From Azolla caroliniana (taxonomy: Eukaryota > Plantae > Polypodiophyta), in contig JBHGNT010000004.1 in NCBI GenBank assembly GCA_043228905.1, forward strand, positions 18,476,001-18,540,000: a stretch of 64,000 nucleotides of DNA. Reading direction: 5' to 3'. The notes below the pieces were generated by a model, which saw only the letters and a program-made list of their open reading frames with translations, searched no databases and was not told the DNA's origin. Position 1 is the first letter of the stretch; every line of letters starts with the position of its first letter. This document shows positions 1-11,618 of the stretch, piece by piece. The position numbers and the translations under genes were made by a program.

Positions 1-1960
1 ATTTTTAAAAAAAAAATCTAACATTAAACTTTTCATGTCATGATATAGTAGGACTCGAACCCATGACCTTATGTTACATGGGTCAAGTTCTTGACAATTA
101 AACCATATATTGTAATACATAAAATATTATTTTTATCACTTCTTAAAGCTCAATTTTTTTTTAGAAAAAAAACAAAACACCATAATAAAATAGGAAAAAA
201 TGTAATTATTTTAAAAAAAAAATCCGAAATAAAACTTTAAACATGAACTCGATACACCGTCTCAGGTTCATGTAAAAAAGTTAGCTTTTCAACATGAACT
301 CGATACGCCGTATCGGGTTCATGTAAAAAAGTTAGTATCGAGTTCTTGTAAAAAAGGTAACTTTTTTATATGTCATGATATGGTAGGACTTGAACCCATG
401 ACCTTCTGCTACATGGGTGGAGCTCTTGACCATTAGACCATGCATTGTAATACATAAATTATTATTTTTATCACTTATTAAAGCTTAATTTTATTTTAGA
501 AAAAAAACAAAACACCATAATAAAATAGGAAAAAATGTAATTATTTAAATAAAAAAATCTGAAATAAGACTTTAAACATGAACTCGATACGTCGTATCGA
601 GTTCATGTAAAAAAGTTAGCTTTTCAACATTATCGAGTTCATGTAAAAAAGTTAGCTTTTCAACATGAACTCAATACGGCGTATCGAGTTCATGTTTAAA
701 AGGGGTATCGAGTTCATGTAAAAGAGTTAGCTTAGTTCATGACATGATATAGTAGGACTCGAACCCATGACCTTCTACTACATAGGTGAGGCTCTTAACC
801 ATTAGACCATACATTGTAATACATAAACTATTATTTTTATCACTTATTAGAGCTCAATTTGTTTTTAGAAAACAAACAAAACACCATAATAAAATAGGAA
901 AAAATGTAATTATTTTTAAAAAAAAATCCGAAATAAAACTTTAAACATGAATTCGATACGCCGTATCGAGTTCATGTAAAAAAGTTAGCTTTTCAACATG
1001 AACTCGATACGGCGTATCGAGTTCATGTTTAAAAGGGGTATCGAGTTCATGTAAAAGAGTTAGCTTAGTTCATGACATGATATAGTAGGACTCGAACCCA
1101 TGACCTTTTGCTACATAGGTGAGGCTCTTAACCATTAGACCATACATTGTAATACATAAACTATTATTTTTATCACTTATTAGAGCTCAATTTGTTTTTA
1201 GAAAACAAACAAAACACCATAATAAAATAGGAAAAAATGTAATTATTTTTTAAAAAAATCCGAAATAAAACTTTAAACATGAATTCGATACGCCGTATCG
1301 AGTTCATGTAAAAAAGTTAGCTTTTCAACATGAACTCGATACGGCGTATCGAGTTCATGTTGAAAAGGGGTATCGAGTTCATGTAAAAATGTTAGCTTAG
1401 TTGATGATATGATATGCTAGGACATAAACCCTTGACCTTGTGCTGCATGGGTGGAGCTCTTAACCATTAGACCATACATTGTAATACATAAAATATTATT
1501 TTCATCACTTATTAAATCTTAAAGTTTTTTAGAAAAAAAACAAAATACCAAAATAAAATAGGAAAAATGTAATTATTTAAAAAAAAAAATCGGAAATAAA
1601 ACTTTAAACATGAACTCGATACGCCGTATCGAGTTCATGTAAAAAAGTTAGACTTTAAACATGAACTCGATACGCCGTATCGAGTTCATGTTGAAAAGGC
1701 ATATCGAGTTCATGTAAAAAAGTTAACTTAGTTCATGTCGTGATATGTAGGACTTGAACCCATGACATTATGCTACATGGGTCAAGCTCTTGACCATTAG
1801 ACGATACATTGTAATACATAAAATATTATTTTCCTCACTTATTAAAGCTCAAAGCCTTTTAGAGAAAAAAACAAAATACCAAAATAAAATAGGAAAAAAT
1901 GTAATTATTTTAAAAAAAAAATCGGAAATAACACTTTCAACATGAACTTGATACGTCGTA
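1..1960. repeat. Tandem array, ~333-bp unit, about 6 copies; each unit has a tRNA-like module, A-rich tracts and ~2 long palindromes
   Basis: The motif TG(T/A)CATGATAT..TAGGACTCGAACCCATGACC recurs at ~36, 371, 740, 1073, 1405 and 1736. Palindrome CATGAACTCGATAC-nnn-GTATCGAGTTCATG occurs about twice per unit. Confidence 0.95.
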
Positions 1961-1974
1961 GATTAACTCATGTC

Positions 1975-2110
1975 ATCATCATTCCCTCTCAGTCCCTCTC
2001 TCTCTCTCACTCTCTCTCTCTCTTCTTTTCTCAAGTGTTCTACACCTTAAATTCTTCTTAGTACTAATATTTCTCTCTTAGTACTAATTTCGTCTCTGTC
2101 TTAGAATTTT
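1975..2110 (+). mobile_element. Remnant resembling the 3' (U5) end of the chromovirus LTR family seen at 30219
   Basis: A (CT)n tract followed by CTTAGTACTAAT..CTTAGTACTAATTTCGTCTCTGTCTTAG parallels 30520-30655 (CTTAGTACTAAT..TTTAGTACTAATGCCATCTCTGCTTTAG). Confidence 0.6.
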
Positions 2111-3419
2111 GTTTTTGAGCTTTTATAAGTGATGAAAAAACCTGAGTTTTTATCACAAGTCGATACAATGTATCAAGTTCATGTTTAAAATTATTATGTT
2201 TTCCATAAAAAATAAAAAAAATAAAAATAATAAAAGAAATTAAAAGGAACAAAAAGAAACAAAAAAAAATTGAAAAAAAATTAAAAAAATTGAAACAAAT
2301 TGAAAATGTTTTTTTTTTAAATTAGAAAAAATTACTTTAAACATGAACTCGATACATTGTATTGAATTGTGATGAAAAATCTGGTTTTTCTATGAACTCA
2401 AGCTTAATTTATTATTATTATTATTTTTTAAATCCGGTAAAAAAACTTTGAACATGAATTTAATATATTGTATAGAGTTATGATGAAAACTCTATTTTTT
2501 ACGTCAATTCAATACAACATATCGTGTTCATGTTTAAAACTCTTGTTGTTTTTCAAATAAAAGAGGTTTTTAAAGATGTATGTTGCACAACAAGATACCT
2601 TATGGTAAATATGGGCTTCATTTATTAGAAGAAAACCATTAATAATTGTGTTGATGGTAATTGAACTTTGCAAATGCCATTTACTTCACAAATTTTGAAG
2701 GGGAATTCTTATAAGGAAGGAGATTATAACATTGTAGATACCTTGATAACTATGTGTTATGTTCAAATTGATATATTAATGTTCACATCTAAAGTTTGAC
2801 AATTTATGAATATCGTCTACATTTTAGGAGTTGTGGATTTATCAAAATTGTTTATGAATATTGTCTACATTTCTTGAGTTGTGAATTTATGGATGTTAAT
2901 GAGCACTAATTTATAGATGATGACATTAAGGATTGCAATATTACCTTTTATACTTAAAACATTTTCAAGTCTAACAATAGATGTAACCTTAATCTTCTCA
3001 AGACGGTGAAACCATTAATCTTAACTTGTGCCTTGAGTTGACCATAATTGTGATTTTCTTTAAGTTAACTACATTTCATATCTGCAAACCATCAACATTT
3101 AAACATTATCCCTAAACTATTCAATTTTAGAAATTATCATTTAGAAATTTGTTAAATCTCAAAAAATTAGCAAAATTTACATGCTATTTAAAACATGTGA
3201 TACTAGTGTATCAAGTTTTTGGAAATTGTCTAAAATCGCAAGATTATAAAAGGAATCTATAAGTGGAATGCGCAATCCTTCCACTTGTGAATGCAAAGGT
3301 GTTTATAGTACAACAAATAGTCAATCATCAGTACTTGTGAACTATAGTAGTATTCTTTGTGTATGAATTCCAGAGCATAGAAGTAGTATCGAACAATCCA
3401 ATTCCCTACCACAATCTTC

Positions 3420-3989
3420 TTGACCGAACGTTCAGAATGAAATGTTCGACCTATTGTGTCTATCGGGTACAACATGTGGTTGTTGGCAAATCAACAGAAT
3501 ATCGGCATTTCAATCAATTATGAGGTTGCAGTTTAACAATGTGGTCTTACCACATAAGATCCGAATGGATGTTTGTTCTGTGTGTGCAAGTTTAAAAGCA
3601 TGGCAAGGAGTAGGAAAACAGATGAAGAAATAAAGAAATATAAGAATTGATTTAAAAGAACATCGAGAAAGTCAAGCGTTGGAAAGGTCTAAAGCTACGC
3701 ACCGCCAACAAAAAGTGCTTCAATCACTGAAAACGTACATGTGCTTGATTATAAATGGCATGGATTAGAAGAGGACTTGTTTGCCACACTTTCAAAGGAT
3801 GCCGAAGGATATTGGAGATGAATGCTTAGTACAAATGCACTTAGTACGTTGTCTACCATATTGTCAGACAATACGGCCTCAAGTGTTGCTAACTTATCCT
3901 AGTATCCTCAACAACCCTAATATTACAGTAATAGTCACGTAGAGAGTTTTACAGTCTTGGCAAGGTATTCTCCCGCCAGTACTATACGT
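3420..3989 (+). pseudogene. Decayed DNA transposase, N-terminal part (Sola/DUF7869-like)
   Basis: Manual translation gives RMDVCSVCASLK, HRESQALER, CLIINGMD*KRTCLPHF and ILPPVLY, which reads across the LTR insertion into VQLENTARENKN at 14614. Contains stops and frameshifts. Confidence 0.7.
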
Positions 3990-4217
3990 TGTCATGAAGA
4001 TTCTCGGCCTTAGCGAGAAAACCGGGAATTGTGGGAGCATCAGCGGGGTGGGCACCCACCCTTGTGTATATGTGTAAAATAATTGGGGGACCTTTATGGC
4101 GCCGAATAGGAGTTAAGTTCGGACAAGGGATCCCTTCTAATAAGGGATATTTATCCCACATTGTTACGGAACTCCCTCCTTGTGCTATAAAAGGAAAGGA
4201 GGGTCTCTTGTGTGGGG

Positions 4218-7200
4218 TGTTGAGGACAAGGCCGTCAATGCGGAAGTGCAAACACCATTCGTGATGAAGAAGAACCTGTGTATGCATGAGCAAGATAGAC
4301 ACAGAGGGAGAGAGAGAGAGAGAGGCACAAATAGGAAATGTTATATTCCAATAGCAACAATTACAAAATGACAACCAACCTTCACTAAATGTTACAAAGT
4401 CACTTTATATAGTGACTATCCTAGGGCAACTGCCCTTTATGCTATTTACAAAAATAGCCCGAACTTGGGCTGTCCAAAGGGACAGTGTGAATACGGCCAT
4501 TATACACTCGTATTCGACACTCCCTCGTAATGGCATATACATGGGTTATCTTAAAGAATTGTAGGTATATATACAAGGTTTATCGGACAGATCGGTTTGT
4601 CAGAGTCAGCAAGATCCGAAGACAAAAGACCGAATCAGTCTGGTCGAAAGAGCTAAAGCCGATCCTCAAAGAACCGATGTCGGTGGTCCGGAACCATCCT
4701 GTGCTGTGTGTCCGACTTTAACTGGACCGATTTTTTGTTACGCCCATCTAGTGCCGAAGGGAACGGAAACGATCTGCCCAAAGACACTTGGTCATTCGAT
4801 CTGCGACATTATCGATTGTGGATATCTTCTCGAGACCCATTTTCCCTAAAATGACGTAGTCCTGAACAAAGTGATATCGAACGTCGATATGCTTAGAGGC
4901 GTTGTGGTGAACCCGATTTTTTGACAAAGCAACAACACCCTGACTGTCGTTGTAGACAAATGGAGTCGAGTCGGAGTCGACCTATCGAAACATGTGTGGC
5001 AGTTGACTGAGCCATAAAGCTTCTTTTGTCGCGTCGGACGTAGCTACATATTCCGCTTCGATCGTTGAGGTGGCTATGCACTCTTGAAGTTTTGACTTCC
5101 ACGAGCTTGCTCCATTGCCGAATTTGAAACAATATCCCGTTGTTGATTTCTGACTGTCCACACAGCCGGCGAAGTCTGAGTCGGTGTAGCTGACTATGCC
5201 TGAGGTCGAGTTCGGGCCAAAAAGAATGTCGTGGTCTTTTGTGCCAGCTAGATATCTGAACACATGCTTGACTGCGTTCCAGTGCGATCGGCTGGGGTTG
5301 TGCATGAATCTGCTGACGACTCCTACGGCGTGAGAAATATCAGGCCGTGTCGTGACCATCACGTACATGAGGGAGCCGACTGCCGGTGCATATGGTACCA
5401 ACTTCATAACTTCCCCCTCTGAACCAGATGTCGGACAGTCTCACTGAGATAGCCGAAGGTTAATGGGGAGCGGGGTTGAAGCAGACTTGGCCGATTGCAT
5501 GTTGAAGCGTTCTAAGACACGTCCGATGTAGTCGATTTGAGACAAGAAAAGTTGTCGTGTATTGCGATACCGACTAATCTTCATACCAAGTATGTGTCTT
5601 GCCGGACCGAGGTCCTTAATGGCAAACTTCAACCGTAGTTGCCGAACGAGTTCAGTGATCTCTCCGGCATGCCGACCGGAGAGTAGCATGTTGTCCACGT
5701 AGATGATGAGGAAGACAGGAGAGCCATCCTGAGTTGTTTTGGTGAAGAGACAGTGGTCCTCATCGCTTTTTGAGAAGCCGACCGATTGGATGAAGTCGTC
5801 GAACTTCTTGTACCACTGTCGGGGTGCTTGTTTCAGGCCGTAGAGACTCTTCTTGAGTCGGTAGACTAGATGTTCCTGGCCGGATGTCACAAAGCCTTTC
5901 GGCTGCTCCATATAGATTTCCTCTTGTAGGTCACCGTGGAGGAATGTCGTTTTTACATCTAGCTGAATCAGCTCCAAATTGTCGGTGGCCACAATGCCTA
6001 GCATGAAACGAAGGGTCGTCATTTTCACCACTAGTGAAAAGATTTCGTCGAAGTCGAGGCCATATTCTTGTCGAAATCCCTTCGCAACTAATCTGGCCTT
6101 GTACTTTGGGGTGATCGAGTCGAACGTCTCTTTTAGTCGATAGACCCACTTACACGGAAGAGCATGTCGATTCTTAGGTAATTCGACCAAGTCCCAAGTC
6201 TTGTTTGCCCGAATGAAGTGCATTTCCGACTCCATCGCCAGATGCCATGTGGTTGAATCGGCAGATGCCGATGCTTCTTCGTAAGACGTCGGTTCGCCAA
6301 CGTCGGTAAAGAAAATTCCGGGAGAGTACCTCTCTGGAGGTTGCGACAGTCTCTTGGATCTGCGAGGTAAGACTGGACTAGTCGCACCGGGTGTCAATGT
6401 CGGATGGTCAAGAGCCGAGCCATTCGGTGGATTTGGTGCGAGAGTTGTCGGTTACCCGTTAAACCGATCTTGTGTTGTGGGTTGGGCCGTCATGAAGGGT
6501 TGCCACTTCGGAAAATATTACACTTCGGTCCAATAGGCCTTTCGGCCGTTTTATGCATAACCGACTCGTTGAACACGACATCCAAACTTTAGACGATTTG
6601 TCTGTGCCCGAGGTCCCAGAGTCGGTATCCGATCTCGCCGTCGGGTCCATATCCGAGAAAAACACATTTCCTTGACCTTGGTTCGAGTTTCCGGTGGTCG
6701 TCTTTCGGTATGAGAGCATACGCCTAGCAACTGAAGATCCTCGGTTTGTCATAATTTGGCTTACTACCGGTCCATATTTCCTGAGGTATTTGAAGTCCTA
6801 GAGGTCTACTTGGTGACATATTTATTATGTGTACTGCCGTAAGTAGAGACTCCGCCTAGAAGCCAGAGTGTTGGAGCATGGATACTATGCGTTCTTGAAT
6901 TGTCCGATTCATGCGTTTAGCAATTCCGTTCTGCTCCGAACTATAGGGTGCCGTATATTCACGTCGAATGCCGCGTTCCCAACAGAATTTGACGAATTCT
7001 TCAGACTTGAATTCTCCTCCATTGTCGGTTCAGAGACATTTTAGTTTCCGACCGGTCTGATTTTCGACCATTTCAAGCCATTCGGAGAAGCTCGAGAACA
7101 CCCGATCTTTGGTTTTGATGGGGTAAGCCCACACCTTCCGAGTTGAGTCGTCAATAAAACTGATGAAGTACAAAGCACTACCGAGAGACTGATGTGGCAT

Positions 7201-9680
7201 TGGGCCACAGACGTCCGAGTGGACCAAATCGAGGGGACTCGATTCTCTTGGTGCTGATGTCGAGTGTGATCTGGCTACCCGTTTGCCGTACTGGCAATGC
7301 TCACAGAATTGGTGATCCGAGAAGGAAAGTTTGGGGATGTAACCGGCTCTGGATAGGTGCGTTATGCCGGCCTTGCTGAGGTGTCCAAGTCGTCCGTGCC
7401 ATAACGATGACACAGGGATATCAACAAAAAATAATTCACCCTCCTTGAGTGTGACATATAAAGGATAGAAGGAATGTACCTTTGGTCCTCGAGCAAGCAG
7501 GAGGTTCCCTTTATGGAGTGTCCACCCTCCTGATGAGAATCTGACACGGATGCCGGCTTCCTCAAGTTGTCCGACTGAGATCAAGGGACTTGAAAGCTCA
7601 GGAATGTGTCAGACGTTGTGTAGTATGAGTGTAGAGCCTCCCAGAAGATTGAGCTCTACGGTGCCGATTCTGATTATAGCACAGTGCTGCGAGTTTCTAA
7701 CTCAAATTGAGTCGGAGTGCTGGTCCGAGTATTGCCGAAACTAAGATTAGTGAGGTGTCACATGATACGATGGGCCCGAGTCCAGGAGTGATGTGCTCGA
7801 TCCTCAGTCGTAAACAAAACTTCTGATTCGACTGGGTTCTCTATGGACAGTATGTTCGGGTTGGTCGTCAAAATTTCAGCTGAAGAGCTGACGTAGTTGA
7901 CCTCCTCATGCCAGCTACTCTTCTGATCCGCTCTATGAGCTTTGTCGGTTTTTGCTTTGAGTGCCCGGCAGTCGGCTTTGATGTGTCCCCGTTTCTTGCA
8001 GTAGTTGTAGATTCGGTTGTCCCGAGACTTGCTCCGGCTTCGCTAATTGTTAAGCGGTCGGGAAGAACTTCTTCCCCAGTTGTTCGATCGATCAGTCGAA
8101 CCTTGTATTAGGTAAGCTTCATCTCCTGAGTCTTTGGCGAAAGACTTTCTCTGAGCTGCTTCAGTCAGGATTGCGCTCGTGACTTCGGAGTACTTAACGG
8201 CAGCTGTTGAAGCATTGCACACGGTTGTAACGAAAGTTTCCCATGAAAAGGGCAGACTACTCATGAGTATCATTGCTCTAAGTTCATCCTCGATTGTCGT
8301 CCCCTGAGACGAGATTTGGGAGCTTATGCTTTCGTACTCGTTGAGGTGTGCTTGAACTGAATCAGATTCTTTCATCCGCAAGTTGTAGAGGCGCCGGATC
8401 AGATACATCTTCGTTGCGGCCACCTTCTTTTCATAAGTTTCGGATAGTGTTTTCCAAAGTTCAAACGATGTCGTGCATGATTGCATTGTGAAGTATACTG
8501 ACTCTGACAAGTGCATCCAAATCGTGGCGCGGACGATTCTGTCCAGCTTTAGCCACTCGTTTGCCTTGTATGCTTCTGGAGGATTTTCATTCTCAATCGG
8601 GTCTATCTGACCCTTGACTATGAAATACTCCTGCATTTGTTCCTTCCAGAAGTTGAAGTTTGAACCGTCAAACCTCCTTAGACTCATCTCTGATGAGCCG
8701 GATGTTGATGCCATCTGCTTCGGTTTCAGTTGGTAAGACTCGGTTCGGAGTTGACTACAAACCTTAGTGGGAGGCAACCGATCGGCTCACCCGATATCGG
8801 TCTAGTTGGTTTGGTTTCGAATACTTGTTGCTGAACTTGCTCGGAGTGACTCCAGTAACTTGAGGGAAAGAACCGGCTGGTCTTCCCGAATGTTGATGAG
8901 TCGGAGTGAGCCTGGTTAGCTTCCGATTGTATGCCGAATACCGATTACACAAAACCGATTGTTTGGGCCGATTCAGCTTCGGATGACTGCAACGATGAGA
9001 GGAACGGATCCAACTGATCCTCCCGAATGTCGATTAGCTGAGTGAAGCACGAAGTGGTTGTTGCCAGGAGACCAATCTGCAGCGGGTGGTTACAGCAAGC
9101 GGGAAAATAGCATCCGGTGACCTATTCGTCAGTTGTTTAACCGAATGAAGCACAATTGGGTCGGTTGTTGCTCAAGGAGTTCCCCTCAAGCAGTTACAAT
9201 CACAGGAACAGAGTACAACCGACTGGCTTACTCCAATTTGTGATTTAACACAGTGAGATGCGAGCTTTTTGTTTTTCTTCTCCTTTCTCTGTTCTTCAAG
9301 GAAAACGAAAACAGAATGTTGTGTTGTGCGATAACGGCCGGCAGCGGGTTGAAGAACCTCCAACGCTCTGATACCAAATGTTGAGGACAAGGCCGTGAAT
9401 GCGGAAGTGCAAACACCATTCGTGATGAAGAAGAACCTGTGTCTACATGAGCAAGATAGACACAGAGGGGGAGAGAGAGAGAGAGGCACAAATAGGAAAC
9501 ATTATATTCCAATAGCAACGGTTACAAAATGACAACCAACCTTCACTAAAGGTTACAAAGTCACTTTATATAGTGACTATCCTAGGGCAACTACCCTTTA
9601 TGCTATTTACAGAAATAGCCCGAACTTGGGTTGTCCAAAGAGATAGTGTGAATACAGCCATTATACACTCGTATTCGACA
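4218..9680 (-). mobile_element. Full-length Ty1/Copia LTR retrotransposon inserted in the 5' LTR of the outer element
   Basis: 302-bp LTRs at 4218-4519 and 9379-9680. TSD TGGGG on both sides. tRNA-iMet PBS (reverse complement of GCTCTGATACCA, ~9365-9376). PPT adjacent to 4520. Confidence 0.97.
4738..8714 (-). pseudogene. Copia gag-pol polyprotein, disrupted (gag-PR-INT-RT-RH)
   Basis: ORF fragments 8043-8777 (FDGSNFNFWK gag), 7030-7584 (LWHGRLGH..VHSDVCGP integrase), 5441-6397 (KARLVAKG..QLDVKTTFLHG RT) and 4982-5407 (YTDSDFAG RNase H). Stops and frameshifts lie between them. Confidence 0.95.
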
Positions 9681-10336
9681 TGGGGGTTGCCCATTTTGAG
9701 TTAGGAGGGTATACCACTTAGGTCCAAGGTATGGTAGCTTTCTTCTTACTTCTTTAGGGTTTCGTCTAGTTCTTCTTCGTCATCATCGTTGGGTGGGTTG
9801 TGTCTTCGTGTCTATTTAGACCTTAATCTGGCTTCAGGTCGGAGATGTATTTCGTTGTCTTGTACAAATAAATATATATAAACTTTTGTGTGTGTTTGTT
9901 GTGCAAAGTGTTAGTGTTCTGTTCATCTCCACAGGTTTGAGTGTCAAGGTTTTGCTCTTCCCAATGTGTGTGTGTGTGTGTGTGTGTGAGTTCATGCGAG
10001 CACGGTTAACCGAACCGTAGTCCCCGTATTTTGTATTATGCGTATAAAAATATATATGCAAATATCTACCGGGCCTTCTGTACATACGGCTCGCGAAGGG
10101 CCAGTGGGGGTGCGTACCGTGTACGCGCGTGCCCATCCTCTATGCGTTCCGGTCGTATTTCGGGATGTGCCTGGATCGTTGTCTCCGAGTCGCATCCAGA
10201 ACCATTCCGGTGGGAGTCTCGATGGCATATCCGGCTCTAGAGAACTTGACCTTCCGGAAACCCATCTCTCCCTGGACCTAGACCCCGGTGGTTCCACCCG
10301 GATCCCACACATATGAGCGGATTTCCGCGACATCTT

Positions 10337-10354
10337 TGGTGAAACCGACGTGAA
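10337..10354 (+). promoter_or_regulatory. Primer binding site complementary to the tRNA-Trp 3' end
   Basis: TGGTGAAACCGACGTGAA, 4 nt after the LTR end. One mismatch to the complement of the plant tRNA-Trp 3' end (..TTCACGTCGGGTTCACCA, recalled from memory). Confidence 0.75.
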
Positions 10355-10369
10355 AGGCCAACAAGGGAG

Positions 10370-11618
10370 GATGGAGTTGGGAGGCAAAGACTTCGCGGAG
10401 ATATTGGCCAAAGTGTTAATGGAGTTCGGACGAGTGAAGATGAGATGAGAAGTAGTGCAGCAAGCTATTGAGCGAGTGGTCAAAAGAGTCGGTTGTTTCA
10501 ACGGGGACAAAGTCCCATTCTACTTGGAAGCCTACAACGTGGAAATGGAGGTGCAAGGCGTAGACGAGGCATTGAGGCTGGAGTTCTTCTGTCGGGTCAT
10601 CGCCGTCCATATGCACGCAGATGTAAAGGATCTCCGAGAAGCTCATAGTTCATGGGAGGCCTTCAAAGAGGCGCTCCTGCAGGCATACAGAGGACGGCCG
10701 AAGAGCTAGGGATGGCGCGACTTTGACCAGTGGGTTGAATCGGCGAAGACCCACCGGGGTGTAACGAAGGCATTCCGGGAGTTCGAGCAGCGCTTTACTC
10801 GGCACCCAGAGCGGGAACAAAGACTGGTGGGGGTGGACAAAGTCCTTTTGTTCGTTAGGTCGATCGACTGAGCGAAACAGGAGGCCATCGGAATTGAGTT
10901 TGAAGATGAAGACGGAGCGAATGGCCTTACTGAGGACTGGTCGGAAGTCGAATGAATATGTTGGCGGTTGGATAAGGAGCGGTCCACGAAAGGGCAAGGG
11001 AAGATAACTCGTGATGACGCGTCATCACAACAGGAAGTGGGCACACAACATGAAGGACCGGCGAAACTTGACGTCGAGGCCCTAGTTCGGGAAGCATACG
11101 AGGCTCTGAAGGCGATGGTCGAAGAGGAGGAGAGATCTGGCATGCAGTCGGACTCGGAGCTAGTCGGCTCTCCGGAAAAGACGGATGTGGCCCATGCTGA
11201 GGCTGAAGGACGGCGTGACACCCTCTCGGCTTTGGGAAAAAGACTGACCAAGGATAAGGTTGGATTCGGGGAGATAACGGTCATGGGTTCGGAAAGAGAC
11301 CGATGGTTTCGGGCATCATTTCCCGAAACTCCGGACATTGGAGAAGCAAGCCTAGGCGGGGCTTGCACGATCAAATTAGAGATAACTTCCACCGACAACA
11401 TCGAGGAGTTGGTGGCTCTAGACAAGTTGTCGGAGGGTAAATTTACAAAATCGTTTCCGGAGACTCTGGCAGTTCGGCCACAGTGGCAACGTGAGACTAG
11501 GGAGATGGAAGATAGCGGCGGGAACGCCAAGGAGAAGGACGACGACGAATCGAAGGTCGGACGGAGAGAGCCCTCCACACCGATTCCGGAGACTTCGGTA
11601 GTCGAGCCTGGGTACTGA
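10370..11618 (+). pseudogene. Degenerate retrotransposon gag with acidic, low-complexity tail
   Basis: ORF 10455-10709 (GCFNGDKVPFYLEAY..SWEAFKEALLQAY) is gag-like. It continues through frameshifts into ORF 10968-11618. Confidence 0.65.

Noticed and set aside
238-1960. CRISPR-like array of palindromic repeats
   Set aside because: The sequences between palindromes are themselves repeated rather than unique spacers, no cas genes are present, and the context is eukaryotic.
2064-2252. Small hydrophobic ORF
   Set aside because: Product of poly-A/T low-complexity sequence; no coding evidence.
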